Assembly: GCA_010909165.1 (NCBI GenBank)
Contig: VJWM01000063.1
Span: 1,612,001-1,676,000, forward strand
Direction: 5' to 3'
Length of the DNA: 64,000 nucleotides
Source of the DNA: Anthoceros angustus
Taxonomy: Eukaryota; Plantae; Anthocerotophyta
Position 1 is the stretch's first letter; the number at the start of each line of letters is the position of its first letter. A program made the position numbers and the translations under genes. The notes under the pieces are model-generated. The model worked only from the letters and a program-made list of their open reading frames with translations. It was not told the origin of the DNA and ran no database searches. Positions 61,380 to 64,000 of this stretch are shown in pieces.

Positions 61380-62860
61380 CAGTTCTCGTCTACTTCAACA
61401 CACGTGTATTTCCTCACTCGCATTCCACTCTTCAATCGCTCAAGCCGCGCCGATCCACGAACACGACTCCATGAGATGTATGCCTCGCTCGTCAGGTTGC
61501 CACCGAATCACATCCGTATTGATCCTCAAGGCGGTGCTGTCTAGAGCTCCCAACCTGGGCAAATACTTTTCCGGACACACATCAGTGGCCTGCCACACCT
61601 TAGACTGGCTTTGTCGGGTGAGCTCTCGGGCCAAAGCTTTTGACAGCATGGGGGTTTTTCTTACATACATGCACCCACTGCTTTGACACACCTCCTGCAC
61701 CCCTTCCCGCATGAGGTCCTGAGTTTCTTCCCACACCACTTGCCTATGCACAATGTCAGCCGTACAAGCCGTGAATGCAATCATGCTATCTGATTTTTCA
61801 GCATGTCGCCTCATATCAAGTGGTATCCTGGCCACTTGTGTGAAATCCCCATCTCGCCACCGTGGCCTATAAAACGCTTCTGAATGCAGCGAATCTACCC
61901 CCATTGCTGGACCGTGCGTGGCATCAGCCCCAAGTAGCACATCATAATTTCTTGCGTTAGACACCAAGCAATGAACTTGGATGACAGAGGCATCCTTTGT
62001 GCCTAGCTTGAACTCTATGCGTACTGGCTCACGAGTCATTCCCATCACTCGTTCCTTGGTTCCTGCAGATGTGGTGATGTGCACTTCACATGGCTTAAGC
62101 TTATCCCGTATAGGTGGAGCCTTACATGCCGTGCCGAGCAATACCGGATCCTTTTGTATCTACCAACACATATTCTGGAGCAAAACCGTTGACCGTTACC
62201 TCCCGACCTTGATTCTTAACCATGGCAATGCCTCCTTTTCCCCGTGCCGCTGGCTTCAGGTGGTCCCCGCGTAGGCTGATACATCCAGACACCTCGTCGC
62301 GTCCTGCAGATTCCTTTTGTATCCAGGCCTTCATAGCTTGCTTAAATGGTTGCGTTTTGACTCCCAGATCACGCAAACTCATCACGGGCACATCCATTAC
62401 CTTCTCGAGCATAAGTTCAGCACTGGGTGATTTCTCTTCAGACGTCCGTCCCTCCTGGTCTTCTTCATACTGTCTAAAAGATTTGGGCATCTTGAGCTGA
62501 TTCCTTTCTTCACCCTTCTTTCTTCGCACCGCTCCACCCAAGTCGACGCTAGCCCGTTCATCCTCAGGCGACTTCGTGGCCATTAGCGCATACACCTCTG
62601 GATCCGAATCATAATCCTCAGTGATAGCAACCGAACTTCCCCCCGTGCTTACACTCATGGCTAACTTTTCTTGCAGCCTGTGCACCTCACTGAGAAGCGC
62701 TTTCCGGGTGTACCCCTCTGTTGATTTTGCCTTGTCAGACATCCGTTCCACAGCCCCCTTTGGCTTGAATTCAGGATGAGCCTGCCAACATGCTGCTTCC
62801 GTATGTCCGGTTTTGGCACACATTCGGCACTGCTCCTTCTCCTGCGTACTAGGAAGCACT
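61380..62860 (-). mobile_element. Retrotransposon fragment: gag zinc knuckle, aspartic protease, and decayed C5 DNA-methyltransferase N-terminus
   Basis: CRMCAKTGHTEAAC (CX2CX4HX4C, ~62787-62828). Protease-like VLVDT and NYDVLLG across a frameshift. Then WQPDERGIHLMESCSWIGA and, in a shifted frame at 61435-61382, LKSGMRVRKYTCVEVDEN. Confidence 0.85.
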
Positions 62861-63194
62861 AGATAATTATTATTTTTTGAATTAATAGTTTTTAACTATA
62901 TTTACATTATATTTACCGATATTTAGTGAATAAATAGTATAATGTACCTTAAATGCATGCAATGCACATTGGTTACGTTGTAACCAATGTGATGCGACTT
63001 GAAGTCAATGTCGCACGGATCTATGGTTAAGGGAAGACAGTGATTTGGGGAGGGGGGCAAGCAGCAATGATGGCAGGAATCGTTGCGCTGATTCCTACCA
63101 TTATTCACACTCACATGCATGCAAGCCATGGGTGGCTGCTGAATTTCAAATTTCATGCCTTCAATGTCTACGGACAGGTTGAAATGCTGACCTC

Positions 63195-64000
63195 ATGAGG
63201 GAGGAAGGTAGCTGGTAGCCGCGCAAGGGAGGCAAAAAAAACCTAAGAAAACATGGCATAACAAGAACAGGGAAATGGTGTGAGACGGAGGTGGGCAAGG
63301 ATTGTATGCAGCCGGCAAATACACCACAATCGGGAGGTGTCTACGGCGACGCTGGCGATAGGAGGCCATAGAAAGGTGGGGAGGATGAGGAGGGTAGCTT
63401 GACTGGGCTATCCTCCTCATCCACCTAGTCTGTGGTCGAGCCGTGAGGCTAGGGGAGTGCGAAGAGGCTATCGCCACGCTAATAGGGTGGGGCCATCGCA
63501 TGGCAGTCACAAGACAGGCAGAGGCAATGTGGATGACATCGTGGAGGATAGCGAGGGCGATGATGTAGCTGTTGTCCCAGCAACACCAGGAACCAGCAAG
63601 GTTCGGGCAGGAACGGGCGGTGGTCATGTTGCTTGAGGGAGGGACAAGGTGGATGTGTCGAGAGGGGCACAAACAAGGACAATGAAAACAGCTTGGGGAG
63701 TGCGGCATCACCAGCAAGTGATAGGTATGTGTTGTCTCTTGATAGCAGAGGGCCAGGTACATAGGCAGGGAATGGTAGTATCCATCAAGTGCAATGTAAT
63801 ATATGTGTGTAGGGAACATCAAGACAAGATGTGTCGCAAATGCAAGAAGATCGCTGGGCGAGCATGGGGTGAGGACATGTGAGCCTAATGTAGTTGAAGA
63901 AATGAGGGAGGAAGGTAGCTGGTAGCCGCGCAAGGGAGGCAAAAAACCTAAGAAAACATGGCATAACAAGAACAGGGAAATGGTGTGAGACGGAGGTGGG
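63195..64000. repeat. Direct repeat with ~707-bp period, continuing beyond the window
   Basis: atgagggaggaaggtagctggtagccgcgcaaggg...gagacggaggtggg at 63195 and again at 63902 to the end of the window. Confidence 0.9.

Noticed and set aside
63193-63969. 258-aa minus ORF
   Set aside because: Spans one unit of the 707-bp repeat, starts and ends in the same repeated peptide, and has no domain.

Overview
Eukaryotic nuclear DNA from a compact, short-intron land-plant genome. Intron sizes, gene density and the PLS-class PPR types point to a hornwort, or possibly a fern or lycophyte; this is inferred, not shown. The first ~52 kb is gene-dense and encodes: RPAP3-like TPR protein, GH17 beta-1,3-glucanase, NOL-like SDR, 2OG-Fe(II) dioxygenase, three PLS-class PPR proteins lacking a full DYW domain, ecdysoneless/SGT1, a head-to-head pair of complex I genes (gamma-CA and NDUFB9), RING-CH E3 ligase, OBAP, GINT1, an nsLTP-like protein, an NPF transporter, NAA20, PIG-H and tRNA-Arg(CCG). 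Interspersed are several small TIR elements, a CACTA transposase fragment inside a 70-bp inverted repeat, minisatellites and a 1.7-kb tandem duplication. The last ~12 kb is repeat-rich: a degenerate tRNA-Ala, a Ty3/gypsy integrase remnant, a DUF3511-like mini-ORF and a gag-protease retroelement fragment. The most notable signal is that this last fragment runs straight into a decayed C5 DNA-methyltransferase N-terminus, suggesting a DNMT-carrying retrotransposon in a land plant. All homology calls come from motif recognition by eye; no searches were run.
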